A stretch of 64,000 bases of DNA, from positions 64,001 to 128,000 of the forward strand of contig JBFXLE010000007.1 of NCBI GenBank assembly GCA_050173015.1. Reading direction: 5' to 3'. A program made the translations under genes and the position numbers. A model generated the notes under the pieces. The model had not been told where the DNA came from, did no database searches, and worked only from the letters and a program-made list of their open reading frames with translations. Shown here in pieces: positions 36,893 through 47,911 of the stretch. Every line of letters starts with the position of its first letter. The first letter of the stretch is position 1. Source of the stretch: Calditrichaceae bacterium (lineage in GTDB: Bacteria; Calditrichota; Calditrichia; Calditrichales; JBFXGD01).

Positions 36893-38358
36893 CTAAATTC
36901 AAAGAAAAGATTGGTAGAAAAACGTACTTTTTTGCCGTCCACCGTTCCGGATTTAAAAACAAATTTTTCTGCGGCTTCAACAGAGAGCCTGTCGTAGTAG
37001 GCATTCAGACCTTTTAAAACCTGAGCTGATTCAACGAGTCCATTCTTACCTATAACCACGCGGACGATGACCTTGCCCTTTTCCCCCATCCCAAGTGTTT
37101 TATTTGAAACTTGAGGAGCATGTGTTTTTAAGGCCACCTTTTTGTTGTCCAGGAATGGCTCCAGAAAAACCTGATCATAGTCAATGGACGAAACTTCCGT
37201 TTTCTCTTCTACAGGTGCTTTTGGTACTAATTTTTCGGTCGTAAGGGCAATAGGTGTTGTTTCCGGTTTAATTTCTACCTTTGGCGTATCTATGACATCG
37301 GGATCAGAAATATTTTGCTGCTTTTCCGAATTAGTTTTATCCTTAACCGTTACATCCCGGGCGAGTGTCGCCGCTGCGGCCGGCTTGTCGGTTTTTACGC
37401 TTTCCGCTGAAGTCTGAGTTTTCTGCGGTTCTGATTTTTCTTCCGTCTGATTGGTATTCTGAGATAATAACAAAAACTCCTGCAGGTTCCTATTAGCGCC
37501 AAGTATAGGATCTACATCAATTGAACCGAATTTACTCTCGTTGTTGTTATCGTACAGCTTTACAGCAAGCTCATTCCTGCCGGTAAACGTGCCCCAGGAA
37601 TTATTTTCAGCTTTGATCGGTAAGTTGGAATGATTGTAAACTTCATATTCAGTGTTATCAAAAATTCTGTTCTGCCCCGGATTATGGTTCGAATCTTTCT
37701 GAATTGAACCTAGATTTGGTTGAGACAGACTAAATATCACAACGCCAATTTGATTCAAAGTAATTAAATTATCTGACAAAACCGGTTTTGCTCCAAGATT
37801 ACAGATCAATCCCGCATACCCATTTTCACTTAATATATTTTTGTAGATTTTGGGATTCGCTTTGACCTCAGCGCTGATACCCGCGTTAAAATTAAAGCGA
37901 ATCTGAGAATTTCTAATCTGTGGATCACTTTTTTTCACCGTTATACCATTGTAGGCATATTCAATCACGGCATACTCAACAATCGAAACCTGTTTGGGAT
38001 TAAGTATTGTAATTCCGTACCAATCGCCCATTCTGGGTTCATCGCTGTTTGAAGAAAACGAAATCTTATTGCTTATATCACCCTTTGCCATCAGGATACC
38101 TTCTATAATCAGCTCACTCCGTGTCTTATCATTTCCGGCTCTGAGTTTATCCTTATTAGGGGCGAATAATATTTTTGTTCCGGGGGCAATATCAAGCCGG
38201 GCCGAAGAAACTACCGTCACATCGCCTTCAATAACAACCGTCCCGCTCCAGACAGTGTTTTCAGTAATCTTTCCTCCTGTAAGAACTGTATTCTGGGCAT
38301 GTAACAGACCTGAAAAAATTAGAATTACAAAAACTATCAATCCATAAATCTTGCTCAT
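36889..38358 (-). CDS. Right-handed beta-helix protein with a C-terminal TonB domain
   Basis: GDWYGI, IEYAYNGI and N-G-I repeats; C-terminal GKVIVRVVIGKNGLV...F..GTVDGKKV. Confidence 0.7.
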   Translation of the reverse strand: MSKIYGLIVFVILIFSGLLHAQNTVLTGGKITENTVWSGTVVIEGDVTVVSSARLDIAPGTKILFAPNKDKLRAGNDKTRSELIIEGILMAKGDISNKISFSSNSDEPRMGDWYGITILNPKQVSIVEYAVIEYAYNGITVKKSDPQIRNSQIRFNFNAGISAEVKANPKIYKNILSENGYAGLICNLGAKPVLSDNLITLNQIGVVIFSLSQPNLGSIQKDSNHNPGQNRIFDNTEYEVYNHSNLPIKAENNSWGTFTGRNELAVKLYDNNNESKFGSIDVDPILGANRNLQEFLLLSQNTNQTEEKSEPQKTQTSAESVKTDKPAAAATLARDVTVKDKTNSEKQQNISDPDVIDTPKVEIKPETTPIALTTEKLVPKAPVEEKTEVSSIDYDQVFLEPFLDNKKVALKTHAPQVSNKTLGMGEKGKVIVRVVIGKNGLVESAQVLKGLNAYYDRLSVEAAEKFVFKSGTVDGKKVRFSTNLFFEFR

Positions 38359-38438
38359 AGCAATTCCATTTAATATAAATCAACAAAATTAATGTATCAC
38401 ATTTCCAAACGGTTTCGGCTGATTCACCTAAAGCGAGA

Positions 38439-41400
38439 TCAGCTTCCGATTTCTATAAAATCAGACAACACACGAATGAGATCACTCTCCTTGAATGGCT
38501 TAACCAGAAAAGCGTTGGCGCCGATCTCCTCACCCTCCTGCTGTTGAGACATTCCGGCCCTGCCTGTCAAAATGACAATCGGTAAACCTTCATATTTTTT
38601 ATTTTTCCGTATCGACTTAATCAGCTCGAACCCATGCATTTTGGGCATTTCAAGATCAGTAATCATCAGATCAATTTTCTCTGATTTAATTTTAGTCAAC
38701 GCGTCTTCGCCGTTGTTTGATTTAACAATAGTGAAATTGTGCTTTTCTAAAACCGAGCCTACGAAATTTCTAACACTGCTTGAATCATCTACGATTAAAA
38801 TTTGCGGCTTTCGTGATGATATTTTTTTCTTTTTGATTTCTTTCTTTACCGCTTTTCTTTTTTTCGCGGGTTTTGGTTTTTTAATTTTTTCAGCTTCCGG
38901 GATAGTAACTCTGGTTTTACGACCTGAGTATTTGTCAGCGATACTCCCGAAAAACTGAAGTTCTGCCGTCCGGATCACCGCGGAATAATCAAGAATCAAT
39001 GCGACTTCGCCATTACCTAATATGGTGCCTCCGGATACATATTCAACATTCTGCAAATGGGAGCCAAGAGTTTTAATGACAATCTCCAGTCTTCCAATAA
39101 TTTCATCCACACCCAGAGCGATGCTCACTCCCGCGTCATGAAGTACTACCGCGTTGAATTTATTTTGCCCGCTCTCTTCCTTTTTAAATTCGAGCAATTT
39201 ATCTATTTCCAGATAGGGGAGTAGTTTGCCTCTGATTTTTATATACGTTTTTTCCCCTTCAAGAATCAAGTCCTTTTGATCAAACCGAATCGATTCCTGA
39301 ATCGCGATCATCGGTATGGCTACTATTTGTCCGGCGGTCCGTATCATAATCGCCTGCGAGATAATGAGCGTCAGCGGTACACGAATACTAAAGGTAGTCC
39401 CGACATTTTTTTCGGTTTTAATACGAATATTGCCCTTCAGTTTCTGAATTTCATTAGCAACAACATCCATCCCGATACCTCTACCGGAAATTTCATTCGC
39501 CTGATCTCGGGTACTGAATCCCGGATAGAAAATATAATCGAGAATTTCAGCTTCACTTAATTGATCAACCTCTTTACGATCGGCCATTTTTTTGCTGATA
39601 ATCTTCGACTTGATTTTCCCGAGATCTATTCCCTGCCCATCATCCTCAACTTCAACGACAACCTGATTCCTCTCCTGACGGGCCCGCAGATAAAGATTAC
39701 CCGATTCGCTTTTTTTTAACTTTTTACGATCTTTCGGCAACTCAATCCCATGATCAATCGCGTTTCTGATAATATGCATCAGCGGATCGCTCAAAGCTTC
39801 CACCATCGCCCGGTCAAGATCGACGTCCTGTTCTGCAATAACCAGATTTATCTTTTTATTCTGTGATTTAGCCAGATCCCGGACAGCGCGCGGATAACGG
39901 TTAAACAGGTATTCAATGGGAACCATCCTTGCTTTAAGGATATCTCCGTGAAGCTGTTTGCTTAGATTTGAAATTCTACCTACACTTTGTTCAACTCCCT
40001 GAGTGAGCCTGTTTAAATCAAGTGAGACAGTACTCACAGTTTTAAGAATATCCTTAAAATTCCCGGAAAGGATCTTTAGATTATCCATCTGTTCAGGGTC
40101 AAAACTTTTTAATCCCCCATCAGTAAGCACATCTTCTTCTACCACTTCCTCAACGATATCTTCGGATGAATATATTTTTTTCTTTCCGCTTTCAATGTCG
40201 GAAATGATTTTCTTAAATGTATCCAGATATGTGCTGAGTTGCGTTTGGTTAATTACTAAATCCGCAGCCATATCCACCAACTTATCCAGATAATCCGTGC
40301 TCACACGAATATTTTTTTCTTCTTCCTTTATTCCTTCTGAACGTTTTGCCGGTACCTTAGCGGCAGGTATTTCCGCGACTCTCAATTCATCCGGTAGTTC
40401 CTCCATATTTTGATAGAGGAATAATTTATTATCCAGCTCAGAAATCCTTGCCAGGTAAAGCGGAACATTCTCCCCTTCCCCTCTCTGAATTGATGCAAGA
40501 AGATCCTGTATTAAATCGATCGCGGTGAAGGCGGGATTTAGCATTTCACTCTTTGAACCACCTTTTTTTAATTTATAAAGCTGAAAATAATCCTCCAGCT
40601 TGTGGCTGACTTCCCCGATACGACTATAAGTGCTCATTAACGAGCTTCCTTTGAGTGTATGCACATTTCGGAGTACGTCGGCCATGATCGTGTCACTTTC
40701 GGGCATTTTTTCCAGTTCAAGAAGCTCTTTGTTAAGATCTTCGATCAGTTGACCGGCTTCTTCAAGAAATATTTCTTTGATACTATCCGGAACCGTCTCC
40801 GGTTCTTCATTCTCGATCGGCTCTTCCGATAGTTCCGTCTTAAAACTCTTCACGTCTATCGAGTCGAGCAACCCTTCAAGATCACTTTTGCTTATCTTTT
40901 CTCCACTACTTAATCTGCTTATATAATCAACGGCAAGCGTGATATTTTCCTGAAGCCCGGAATCAATTTCTATTTCATTGTTCCGCACAGATTCAACCAT
41001 TGATTCGAGACTTTCCGCTATATGAGAAATGTCTTCGAAACCCATCATTCTGGCAGATAATTTCAATGAATGGGAGGCATTCTCCAATTCATTAAGCGCG
41101 TTTTTGTCCTTTGGTTTTTTCTTGATTTTTTCATGCGACTTATTAATTGTCGCGAGGAAAGTCCTGGCCTCATCCTGAAAGATCTCAACCAGTTCAGTAT
41201 CTGTGTCCTTGCTACTAGAAAACAAAGGCTTCTCATCGTCTGATTCTTCAATCGTGATCTTTTCCGCGGTTTCAGAAACTTCTGAGGACTCCCCATCGAC
41301 GATTTCTATCTTATCAAGCGTATTCTGAAGCATTTCCATTGTCGTTTCAGTTTCAGTCTCCGGATTTTTAATAAGGGCTTCGAGTGAATTGAAACCGTCA

Positions 41401-43799
41401 TCCAAAGCTTGTGGTACATTTGCGGGAACATCTACCTGAATTTTCCCAAAAATTTCGGAAATCTCCTCGATAAGAGAACTTAAATTAACCACGTCCTTCA
41501 AATCCATTAAATGCGCGGATGATTTTATTGAATGCATGGCGTTTTCAATTTCTGCAAATGCTTCTCTGTTGTTTTTATCAGCTTCCAGAAGTGTTAAGGC
41601 CGCCCGGGCTATGTTGATGGATTGCATCGCTTCAGATCTGAAGATACTGTTCAAATCTTCTTCACCGGGACCGTCATCGGCTTTATGATTTGCCATTTCC
41701 GGCAATTCTTCAATTATTTCAGAAAGTACCGAAATAATATCATCCGATGCAGCGTATTTACCTTGATAATTCAGTCTTTCCAATAACAATCCGAATGACT
41801 TCTCAATCTCAAAAACAATATCCTTTGAATACTCCTTTGCTGCTGCTCTGCTGACAATTTTTTCAAAGAATTTAACGGGTTCAAGATAGTTGTCACACCT
41901 CGTATTTTTAAGATCTCTGCCAAAAAGATCAAAAAATGAAACCAGTTTAGCGCGATCCGCTTCGGAGTTTTTCAGAATGGACTTACCTAAACTGCCCTTT
42001 AAGTGCTTCCATTTACGCAGCATCGATTCCGCGAGAGCTTTCACCACCTGTTCATCATTATCGATTTCATACAATTCCGGCTCCGGGATGAGCAGCTTAT
42101 GAACAGAATCGAATATATTGGATAGATCAGATGAATCGATTGATTCCAAAGAAAAATCTTTTTGTCCGGTTTTTTTCCATGAAGTCTGGATGTGAGCAAT
42201 GACCTCTTTCATGTTCTCTCCGGAATAGCCATTTATTTTGCCATAAACAGTTTCCATAGGTTCAAGAAACTCAGAAATCATTGAAGAAAAACCCATTAAT
42301 GCGGATGCAAATTTTAACCTTCCAAGTAAATCGAGAACGCGATTAAAAGCGTCTTTTTCGTTTATTTGGAGATGTTCGTCCCGGATTTTCTTCGCGACCT
42401 GATTAAATAACTCCCCAAAGATTTTGCCCATCGCTTTTTTGTCTTCAAATTGAAATTCCGGTAATCCGGCGGGCTCCATTTCCGGCGCGATTTCCTGGGG
42501 CATCTCTTCTTCCGGTATCTCCGGAATTATGTCTTCAAAAGTATCTCTTAAACCCGAAATTTGATCCTGAACAGATATTAAAAGCTCATCGTCCTTTGAA
42601 ATATTCAGAAATCTGTCTACCGGTGTGAAACGGTTAAGAATTGACTCGATGCTCAGGAATGTGGATTCACTAAAAATTTTATCATTGTTGTTTGCATAAT
42701 TTAGTTCACGTATTATTCCTGAAGAGAGATTTTCAATTCCACTGTAACCATGAATCATGCTTACTTCTTTTAAAGATTTAATTTGTTTTATAATTGTCGC
42801 AATAAAAGCACGATTTTCAGGTTCGTTTCTTAAACTTTCAAGAATGTTAAGCACTTCGGAAATATTATCGTTCAATTCTGTCTGAAAATACTCGCCTAAA
42901 AGATTTTCCAACGATTTAAATTCTTTTTTACTAATTTCTTCTTTTGTCGCTTTTTTCTCTTCTTTCTTAAGCTTTTCTTTTTTCGGATCATATTCGGGCA
43001 GTCTTTGATTCTCTAAAATTGTAAAGAATTGATTACCCGATTTTTCTGCAAAATTCTCGAGTTCACCGACAAATTTATCCAGCTTTTCATCGAGCGTATC
43101 CATCATCTCCACGGCGTTCCGCGGATCTATTACATCGGGCAGCAATTCATCCGCCCGCGTAATTAAGTGAACTATTTCCGGATCGTATTTCTTTTTTAGT
43201 TTTTTGGCACTTTCCTGAGTATTTTCCATAATTATATTAAAAAAGCTTATATAACTCATACTCTTGTCTTCATCATTCAGAGCTTCAAACTTTTTCTCCA
43301 GCCGGCCAAAAAACTCGAGACGGTAAAAATGATCAAAATTAAATAACTCTTCTGTTTTACCTTCCGCTTTTGTCTCAGATTCGACAATTTCAGCAGATTC
43401 TTTCTTCTGCTGGTCTTCAGGTTGTTCCAGGCGGAAGTCTTCCAGCACTTTATTAATGGCTGTGATACTTTCCTGATCTTCGGTCATCAAATTGTAAAGA
43501 TTCACGAAATCGTCAGCAAGATCTGGAAGGGTTTGATATACCATGTCAGGCTCATAATCATTTACCCGTTCGACCATATCAAACAGAAATATTGCGATTT
43601 CATTGGTTCCCTGATGTTGCGCCAGTTTTTCCAGGCCATGAATCACATCTTCGTCCTGAAGCAGATATCCGCTTAATTCATCAAGCATCGAATAATGTTT
43701 TTCCGGTATAACCGAACGGCCCTTTTCGAGCGCATTTTCGAAAAATTCAACCAGAAAAAATATATTAAATGGGATATCTAAATTCTTTTGGGAAATCAT
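38439..43799 (-). CDS. ChpA/CheA-like hybrid chemosensory histidine kinase (multiple Hpt, HATPase, CheW, REC)
   Basis: Hpt motifs MHSIKSSA, SHSLKLSA, VHTLKGSS; HIIRNAIDHGIE, DDGQGID, SGRGIGMDVV; C-terminal REC. Confidence 0.92.
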   Translation of the reverse strand: MISQKNLDIPFNIFFLVEFFENALEKGRSVIPEKHYSMLDELSGYLLQDEDVIHGLEKLAQHQGTNEIAIFLFDMVERVNDYEPDMVYQTLPDLADDFVNLYNLMTEDQESITAINKVLEDFRLEQPEDQQKKESAEIVESETKAEGKTEELFNFDHFYRLEFFGRLEKKFEALNDEDKSMSYISFFNIIMENTQESAKKLKKKYDPEIVHLITRADELLPDVIDPRNAVEMMDTLDEKLDKFVGELENFAEKSGNQFFTILENQRLPEYDPKKEKLKKEEKKATKEEISKKEFKSLENLLGEYFQTELNDNISEVLNILESLRNEPENRAFIATIIKQIKSLKEVSMIHGYSGIENLSSGIIRELNYANNNDKIFSESTFLSIESILNRFTPVDRFLNISKDDELLISVQDQISGLRDTFEDIIPEIPEEEMPQEIAPEMEPAGLPEFQFEDKKAMGKIFGELFNQVAKKIRDEHLQINEKDAFNRVLDLLGRLKFASALMGFSSMISEFLEPMETVYGKINGYSGENMKEVIAHIQTSWKKTGQKDFSLESIDSSDLSNIFDSVHKLLIPEPELYEIDNDEQVVKALAESMLRKWKHLKGSLGKSILKNSEADRAKLVSFFDLFGRDLKNTRCDNYLEPVKFFEKIVSRAAAKEYSKDIVFEIEKSFGLLLERLNYQGKYAASDDIISVLSEIIEELPEMANHKADDGPGEEDLNSIFRSEAMQSINIARAALTLLEADKNNREAFAEIENAMHSIKSSAHLMDLKDVVNLSSLIEEISEIFGKIQVDVPANVPQALDDGFNSLEALIKNPETETETTMEMLQNTLDKIEIVDGESSEVSETAEKITIEESDDEKPLFSSSKDTDTELVEIFQDEARTFLATINKSHEKIKKKPKDKNALNELENASHSLKLSARMMGFEDISHIAESLESMVESVRNNEIEIDSGLQENITLAVDYISRLSSGEKISKSDLEGLLDSIDVKSFKTELSEEPIENEEPETVPDSIKEIFLEEAGQLIEDLNKELLELEKMPESDTIMADVLRNVHTLKGSSLMSTYSRIGEVSHKLEDYFQLYKLKKGGSKSEMLNPAFTAIDLIQDLLASIQRGEGENVPLYLARISELDNKLFLYQNMEELPDELRVAEIPAAKVPAKRSEGIKEEEKNIRVSTDYLDKLVDMAADLVINQTQLSTYLDTFKKIISDIESGKKKIYSSEDIVEEVVEEDVLTDGGLKSFDPEQMDNLKILSGNFKDILKTVSTVSLDLNRLTQGVEQSVGRISNLSKQLHGDILKARMVPIEYLFNRYPRAVRDLAKSQNKKINLVIAEQDVDLDRAMVEALSDPLMHIIRNAIDHGIELPKDRKKLKKSESGNLYLRARQERNQVVVEVEDDGQGIDLGKIKSKIISKKMADRKEVDQLSEAEILDYIFYPGFSTRDQANEISGRGIGMDVVANEIQKLKGNIRIKTEKNVGTTFSIRVPLTLIISQAIMIRTAGQIVAIPMIAIQESIRFDQKDLILEGEKTYIKIRGKLLPYLEIDKLLEFKKEESGQNKFNAVVLHDAGVSIALGVDEIIGRLEIVIKTLGSHLQNVEYVSGGTILGNGEVALILDYSAVIRTAELQFFGSIADKYSGRKTRVTIPEAEKIKKPKPAKKRKAVKKEIKKKKISSRKPQILIVDDSSSVRNFVGSVLEKHNFTIVKSNNGEDALTKIKSEKIDLMITDLEMPKMHGFELIKSIRKNKKYEGLPIVILTGRAGMSQQQEGEEIGANAFLVKPFKESDLIRVLSDFIEIGS

Positions 43800-43813
43800 A
43801 TATTACTCCGGTT

Positions 43814-45607
43814 TCATTCAGCAAGCCTAAATTTTTCAACAGCCTGATTGAGGGTTTTTGATAAAAATTCTAATTTAGACGCTGATTCTTTTGACTGTTT
43901 AGCGCTCTCCGCTGTTTCTTTGGCAATTCCCGCGACATGCACAAGGGAAGCGACAATATCCTGACTGGATTTTGTCTGATTTTGCGTGGCATTAGATATT
44001 TCAACCGCGGATGTGGTCGAAATTTCAACACTTCCGAGGATTTCTTTTAGTACCACTCCGGCGCTGTCAACAAGTTTTGTCCCTTCAGCCACCTCCCCGG
44101 TGCCGTTTTCCATTGCGCGCATCGTTTCTGAAGTACCCGTTTGAATATCATCAATTAATTTTGAAATTTCTTCAGCTGCTTTACTTGAACGCTCAGCCAA
44201 ATTGCGTATCTCATCGGCCACAACAGTGAAGCCTCTTCCGGCTTCCCCAGCGCGGGCAGCTTCGATGGAAGCATTTAATGCCAGGAGGTTTGTCCTATTT
44301 GCGATATCACTGATAAAATCAGTAATCTCCCCAATTCGTGTGGAGTTTTCACCCAGAAGCCGAACCTTTCTTGAAGCTTCGCGAACCGATTCACGGATAC
44401 GATGCATTCCCTCGATTGATTTTTTAACAATTTCTCCGCCGTTTTCGGCAACTTCCTTGGTATTACGCGCGGCTTCGGCAGCTCTTTGCGCGCTCAGGTT
44501 TGTTTCGTTTACCAATGCTGCCATTTCTTTCGCCAACATGCTCATATTTTCTGTCTGAGAAGCCTGATCCGCTGCTCCGTTTGCCATTATTTCTGTATTT
44601 TTAAGAATCCCCTCCGTTGAAGAAGCCACCTGGTCAGAAGCCTTTTTTACATCCCGAATCAGTTCACTAAGATCGCTTATCATCAGATTAAATGAATCGG
44701 ATAAAGCCCCAAGAGTATCCGCGGTAACAGCTGCATTAACAGTGAAATCTCCATCCGCTGCCGCGCTCACTATTTTCAACAATTCTTTGATCTGTTTTTG
44801 TACTTTATCACGTTCTTCTGCCGATTCCTTTTCACCGTCAATTCCACTTTCAAACTTTTTTAGCAGCGGGATAAATTCTGAAAGATACCCTCTGTGTTCA
44901 TCAATTTTATGGAGCGCTTTTCCGCCTTTCAATTTAACCAACAAACTTTCTGTCAGATCAATACCGTTACTCAGCTTTTTTAATTCGACGATGAGAATCA
45001 GGATGGATATAAGCAGAAAAATTCCGCCGCTGATAGCAGGCCATTTGATTGACTCCAATAGTGAAGGCGTGATGGCTGAAATATCTTTTTGAATCATTAA
45101 CAGTCCGGCAATGTTTTTGTCATTGTTTTTTACCGGGGCAAAACCCGCCACAATCAAACGTCCGTATTGATCCGTTATCGATCTTCCCGTCACCTGATCC
45201 GAATTTATGGCTTCATTCATCTCTTGCCACAGATCGTAATTTTTGCCAATCATGTTTGACTTACTGTCCGTTAAAACAAGCTCCGTAATATTTCCTTTTC
45301 TTCGTATAATCCTGATTACCACACCATCCGGACCATACGAATTACGTAATGATTCAACCTGACTGTACGCTTCCCGGTAAGCATCCGAATTATAATCGCT
45401 TTCTCTTTCAATCTGATTTATCAGATCACCGGAAATAATTCCCCCGCCCAACGCAACAATTTTTTTGATTTCATCGAGTTGTGACTTTGCGAATACATCT
45501 GTCTTATTTTTATGACTTAAATAACCTGTAAGACCGACAATAATTATTAAAAGAGGGATCATCAGGACAATAAATTTTGTGATTATTCCAAAACTTGTTT
45601 TTCGCAT
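43814..45607 (-). CDS. Methyl-accepting chemotaxis protein (PilJ-like)
   Basis: Two TM helices, [41 protein letters not shown]. Confidence 0.93.
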   Translation of the reverse strand: MRKTSFGIITKFIVLMIPLLIIIVGLTGYLSHKNKTDVFAKSQLDEIKKIVALGGGIISGDLINQIERESDYNSDAYREAYSQVESLRNSYGPDGVVIRIIRRKGNITELVLTDSKSNMIGKNYDLWQEMNEAINSDQVTGRSITDQYGRLIVAGFAPVKNNDKNIAGLLMIQKDISAITPSLLESIKWPAISGGIFLLISILILIVELKKLSNGIDLTESLLVKLKGGKALHKIDEHRGYLSEFIPLLKKFESGIDGEKESAEERDKVQKQIKELLKIVSAAADGDFTVNAAVTADTLGALSDSFNLMISDLSELIRDVKKASDQVASSTEGILKNTEIMANGAADQASQTENMSMLAKEMAALVNETNLSAQRAAEAARNTKEVAENGGEIVKKSIEGMHRIRESVREASRKVRLLGENSTRIGEITDFISDIANRTNLLALNASIEAARAGEAGRGFTVVADEIRNLAERSSKAAEEISKLIDDIQTGTSETMRAMENGTGEVAEGTKLVDSAGVVLKEILGSVEISTTSAVEISNATQNQTKSSQDIVASLVHVAGIAKETAESAKQSKESASKLEFLSKTLNQAVEKFRLAE

Positions 45608-45619
45608 TCTTGCCTCTTT

Positions 45620-46105
45620 TCAAAATCTATAACTTTTAAGTTCTTTCGAATTTGTCAATGCGGAAATATCTAAAAGATAAATCATACCAAATTTTTTATG
45701 ATCAAAATATCCGTCCAGATACTGAGCCATCTTAACCGGCATTTCCCGGGTCGGTATTTGTATTTTATTAGAATCAATGTTTGCAACATCCATCACTTTT
45801 TCAACAACGATGCCAAACGCGACTTCGTCCTGTTCTATAATTACAATAAGATTGTCTTCCCTGATTGGAGCAACCGGCAGCTTTAGCATCAGCCTAATAT
45901 CCACAACAGAGAAAATCTGCCCACGAAGGTTAAACACTCCAAGCACGGACTCATTAACATTTGGAATCATCGTAAGCTTTGGAAACGAAACCACTTCCCG
46001 CACCTTTATAACTTCGACTCCAAAAAATTTACCTGAAATTTGTAATATGGAATACCTGTATTCCTTTGTAGACGCATTTTTTGAAGTGCTTGTCTTCGAC
46101 ACCAA
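45620..46105 (-). CDS. cheW: CheW-like adaptor
   Basis: VREVV, LGVFNLRGQIFSVVD, FGIVVEKV. Confidence 0.88.
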   Translation of the reverse strand: MVSKTSTSKNASTKEYRYSILQISGKFFGVEVIKVREVVSFPKLTMIPNVNESVLGVFNLRGQIFSVVDIRLMLKLPVAPIREDNLIVIIEQDEVAFGIVVEKVMDVANIDSNKIQIPTREMPVKMAQYLDGYFDHKKFGMIYLLDISALTNSKELKSYRF

Positions 46106-46185
46106 TTATACTCCTGTTCGACTTTTTAAGCCCGGGGTAACAATTCTATAAATTTCCGGTAAATTCTATATTTCAATCCGGGTAT

Positions 46186-47094
46186 TTATTCAGCGATTAA
46201 ATCTTTAATTTTACCCAATAGTTCATCATCTTTAAAAGGTTTTGGTAAAAACTCATCTGCTCCCTCGGATTTTGCTTTTTCCACCATTTGCGGTGAATCT
46301 TTTCCTGACAACATAATTACCGGGATTCCTTTGGATGCTTTGATCGCTTTTAAGATTTCAATGCCATTTATGTCCGGAAGCATCATATCAAGTATCACCA
46401 GATCCGGGTTAATTTTATCTATCAGGGCCAGCCCGTCTTTCCCGCTGACTGCGGTCTCAATATGAAAATTCTCATCTTCAAGAGCGATTTCAACCATTTT
46501 GCGAATGACAATACTGTCATCAACAACAAGTATCTTCTTTTTCCCTGATACGCTCACTTCATCCTGTTCAATTTCTGCCGATACTTCTTCAACAGATTTT
46601 TCTTCCGTGTTTATTTCCGTTTCCGACTCATCCGCTATACTTATCTCAAGATTTTCAGGTTCTTTTTCATCATCACTTTCGTTAAAAACAGACTCTAAAT
46701 CAAAAGTGTCTTCCTGTCCATCTAAAACATCTTCCTGCAAATCTTCTGTCGCCGGTTCCTCTTCGGATATTAAAAGTTCAACTTCATCAGATTTTTCTAC
46801 CGGCTCATCTACCGGCTCTTCCTGCGGCAACACCTCTTCTTCAGGCTTTTCTTCAACTTCTGGACCCGGGGTCACATCAACGGTTTTTTCTGATATTTCT
46901 GTAACTAATTTTTCTGAAACCAGTCTGTTCAATGCATCCTGAATGATGGTCTCTTCTTCTTCAAGGATTGAAGCAATTTCCCCGGCATCTGTTTTATCGG
47001 TAACTAAAAAAAGGACCTTCCAGGCATTGTAAGGAAGTTTAGCCGCGTGAATTTTATCATCGATCTTATCAATGCGTTTATAAAACTTTTCCAC
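46186..47094 (-). CDS. Response regulator with an acidic linker and C-terminal REC domain (PilG-like)
   Basis: KKILVVDDS, DLVILDMMLP, FLPKPF. Confidence 0.85.
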   Translation of the reverse strand: MEKFYKRIDKIDDKIHAAKLPYNAWKVLFLVTDKTDAGEIASILEEEETIIQDALNRLVSEKLVTEISEKTVDVTPGPEVEEKPEEEVLPQEEPVDEPVEKSDEVELLISEEEPATEDLQEDVLDGQEDTFDLESVFNESDDEKEPENLEISIADESETEINTEEKSVEEVSAEIEQDEVSVSGKKKILVVDDSIVIRKMVEIALEDENFHIETAVSGKDGLALIDKINPDLVILDMMLPDINGIEILKAIKASKGIPVIMLSGKDSPQMVEKAKSEGADEFLPKPFKDDELLGKIKDLIAE

Positions 47095-47115
47095 TTTTGA
47101 ATCCTTTCTTAATAG

Positions 47116-47889
47116 TTAAAAGCGGTTATTCTCTTTTTCGATTATTTCTTCTGCAAGTTTTAAATAGCCAACCGCGCCCGGAGACGATATATCTACCAGC
47201 GCGACCGGTTTCCCTAATGACGGCGCCTCTGAAATTTTGGAATTTCTTGGGATTTCTGTATTAAATACCAAATCCTTAAAACTGTGTCTCAGTTCGTCGG
47301 CAATTTCTTTGCTTTTCTTCAGCCTTTTGTCAAACATGGTAATCAGAAGTCCGTTCAATCTTAAATCGGGGTTATACTTTGTCCCGATATTACGAATGGC
47401 CCTGATAAATTTTCCCAGGGCTTTTAATGAATAATATTCGCACTGAACCGGAATAAGTAGTGAATCCGCGGCCGTAATAGCATTCAGAGTCACCGTCCCC
47501 AGACTTGGCGGACAATCCAGCAGAATGTAATCATATTCATTTTTATATGAACTTAGAACACTCCTTAGCAGCTCAGTTTGCAGAGCATTCGTAAACAAAT
47601 CTATTTCATCTTCTTCCCCGTGAACATTTGCCGGAACAATTTCGAGCATATCAAGACCCACATCGACAATTGCCAGGGACAGAGGAATTCTATTTACAAA
47701 AACATCATATGAACCGTAAGTAATGCTTAAATCATCCAGTTGAAAACTTGCCGCGATACTTCCCTGTGGATCAATATCAATTAATAATACCCGTTTTTGG
47801 AATATAGCAAGACTCGCACCGAGGTTAATCGATGTAGTCGTCTTGCCGACACCGCCTTTTTGACTTGTGATAGCGATAATTTCACCCAT
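47116..47889 (-). CDS. ParA/Soj-family ATPase (no parB adjacent)
   Basis: QKGGVGKTT, DIDPQG, DCPPSLG, PVQCEYY, EAPSLG. Confidence 0.9.
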   Translation of the reverse strand: MGEIIAITSQKGGVGKTTTSINLGASLAIFQKRVLLIDIDPQGSIAASFQLDDLSITYGSYDVFVNRIPLSLAIVDVGLDMLEIVPANVHGEEDEIDLFTNALQTELLRSVLSSYKNEYDYILLDCPPSLGTVTLNAITAADSLLIPVQCEYYSLKALGKFIRAIRNIGTKYNPDLRLNGLLITMFDKRLKKSKEIADELRHSFKDLVFNTEIPRNSKISEAPSLGKPVALVDISSPGAVGYLKLAEEIIEKENNRF

Positions 47890-47911
47890 TCTGTCCCAGA
47901 TTTACCCTTCA

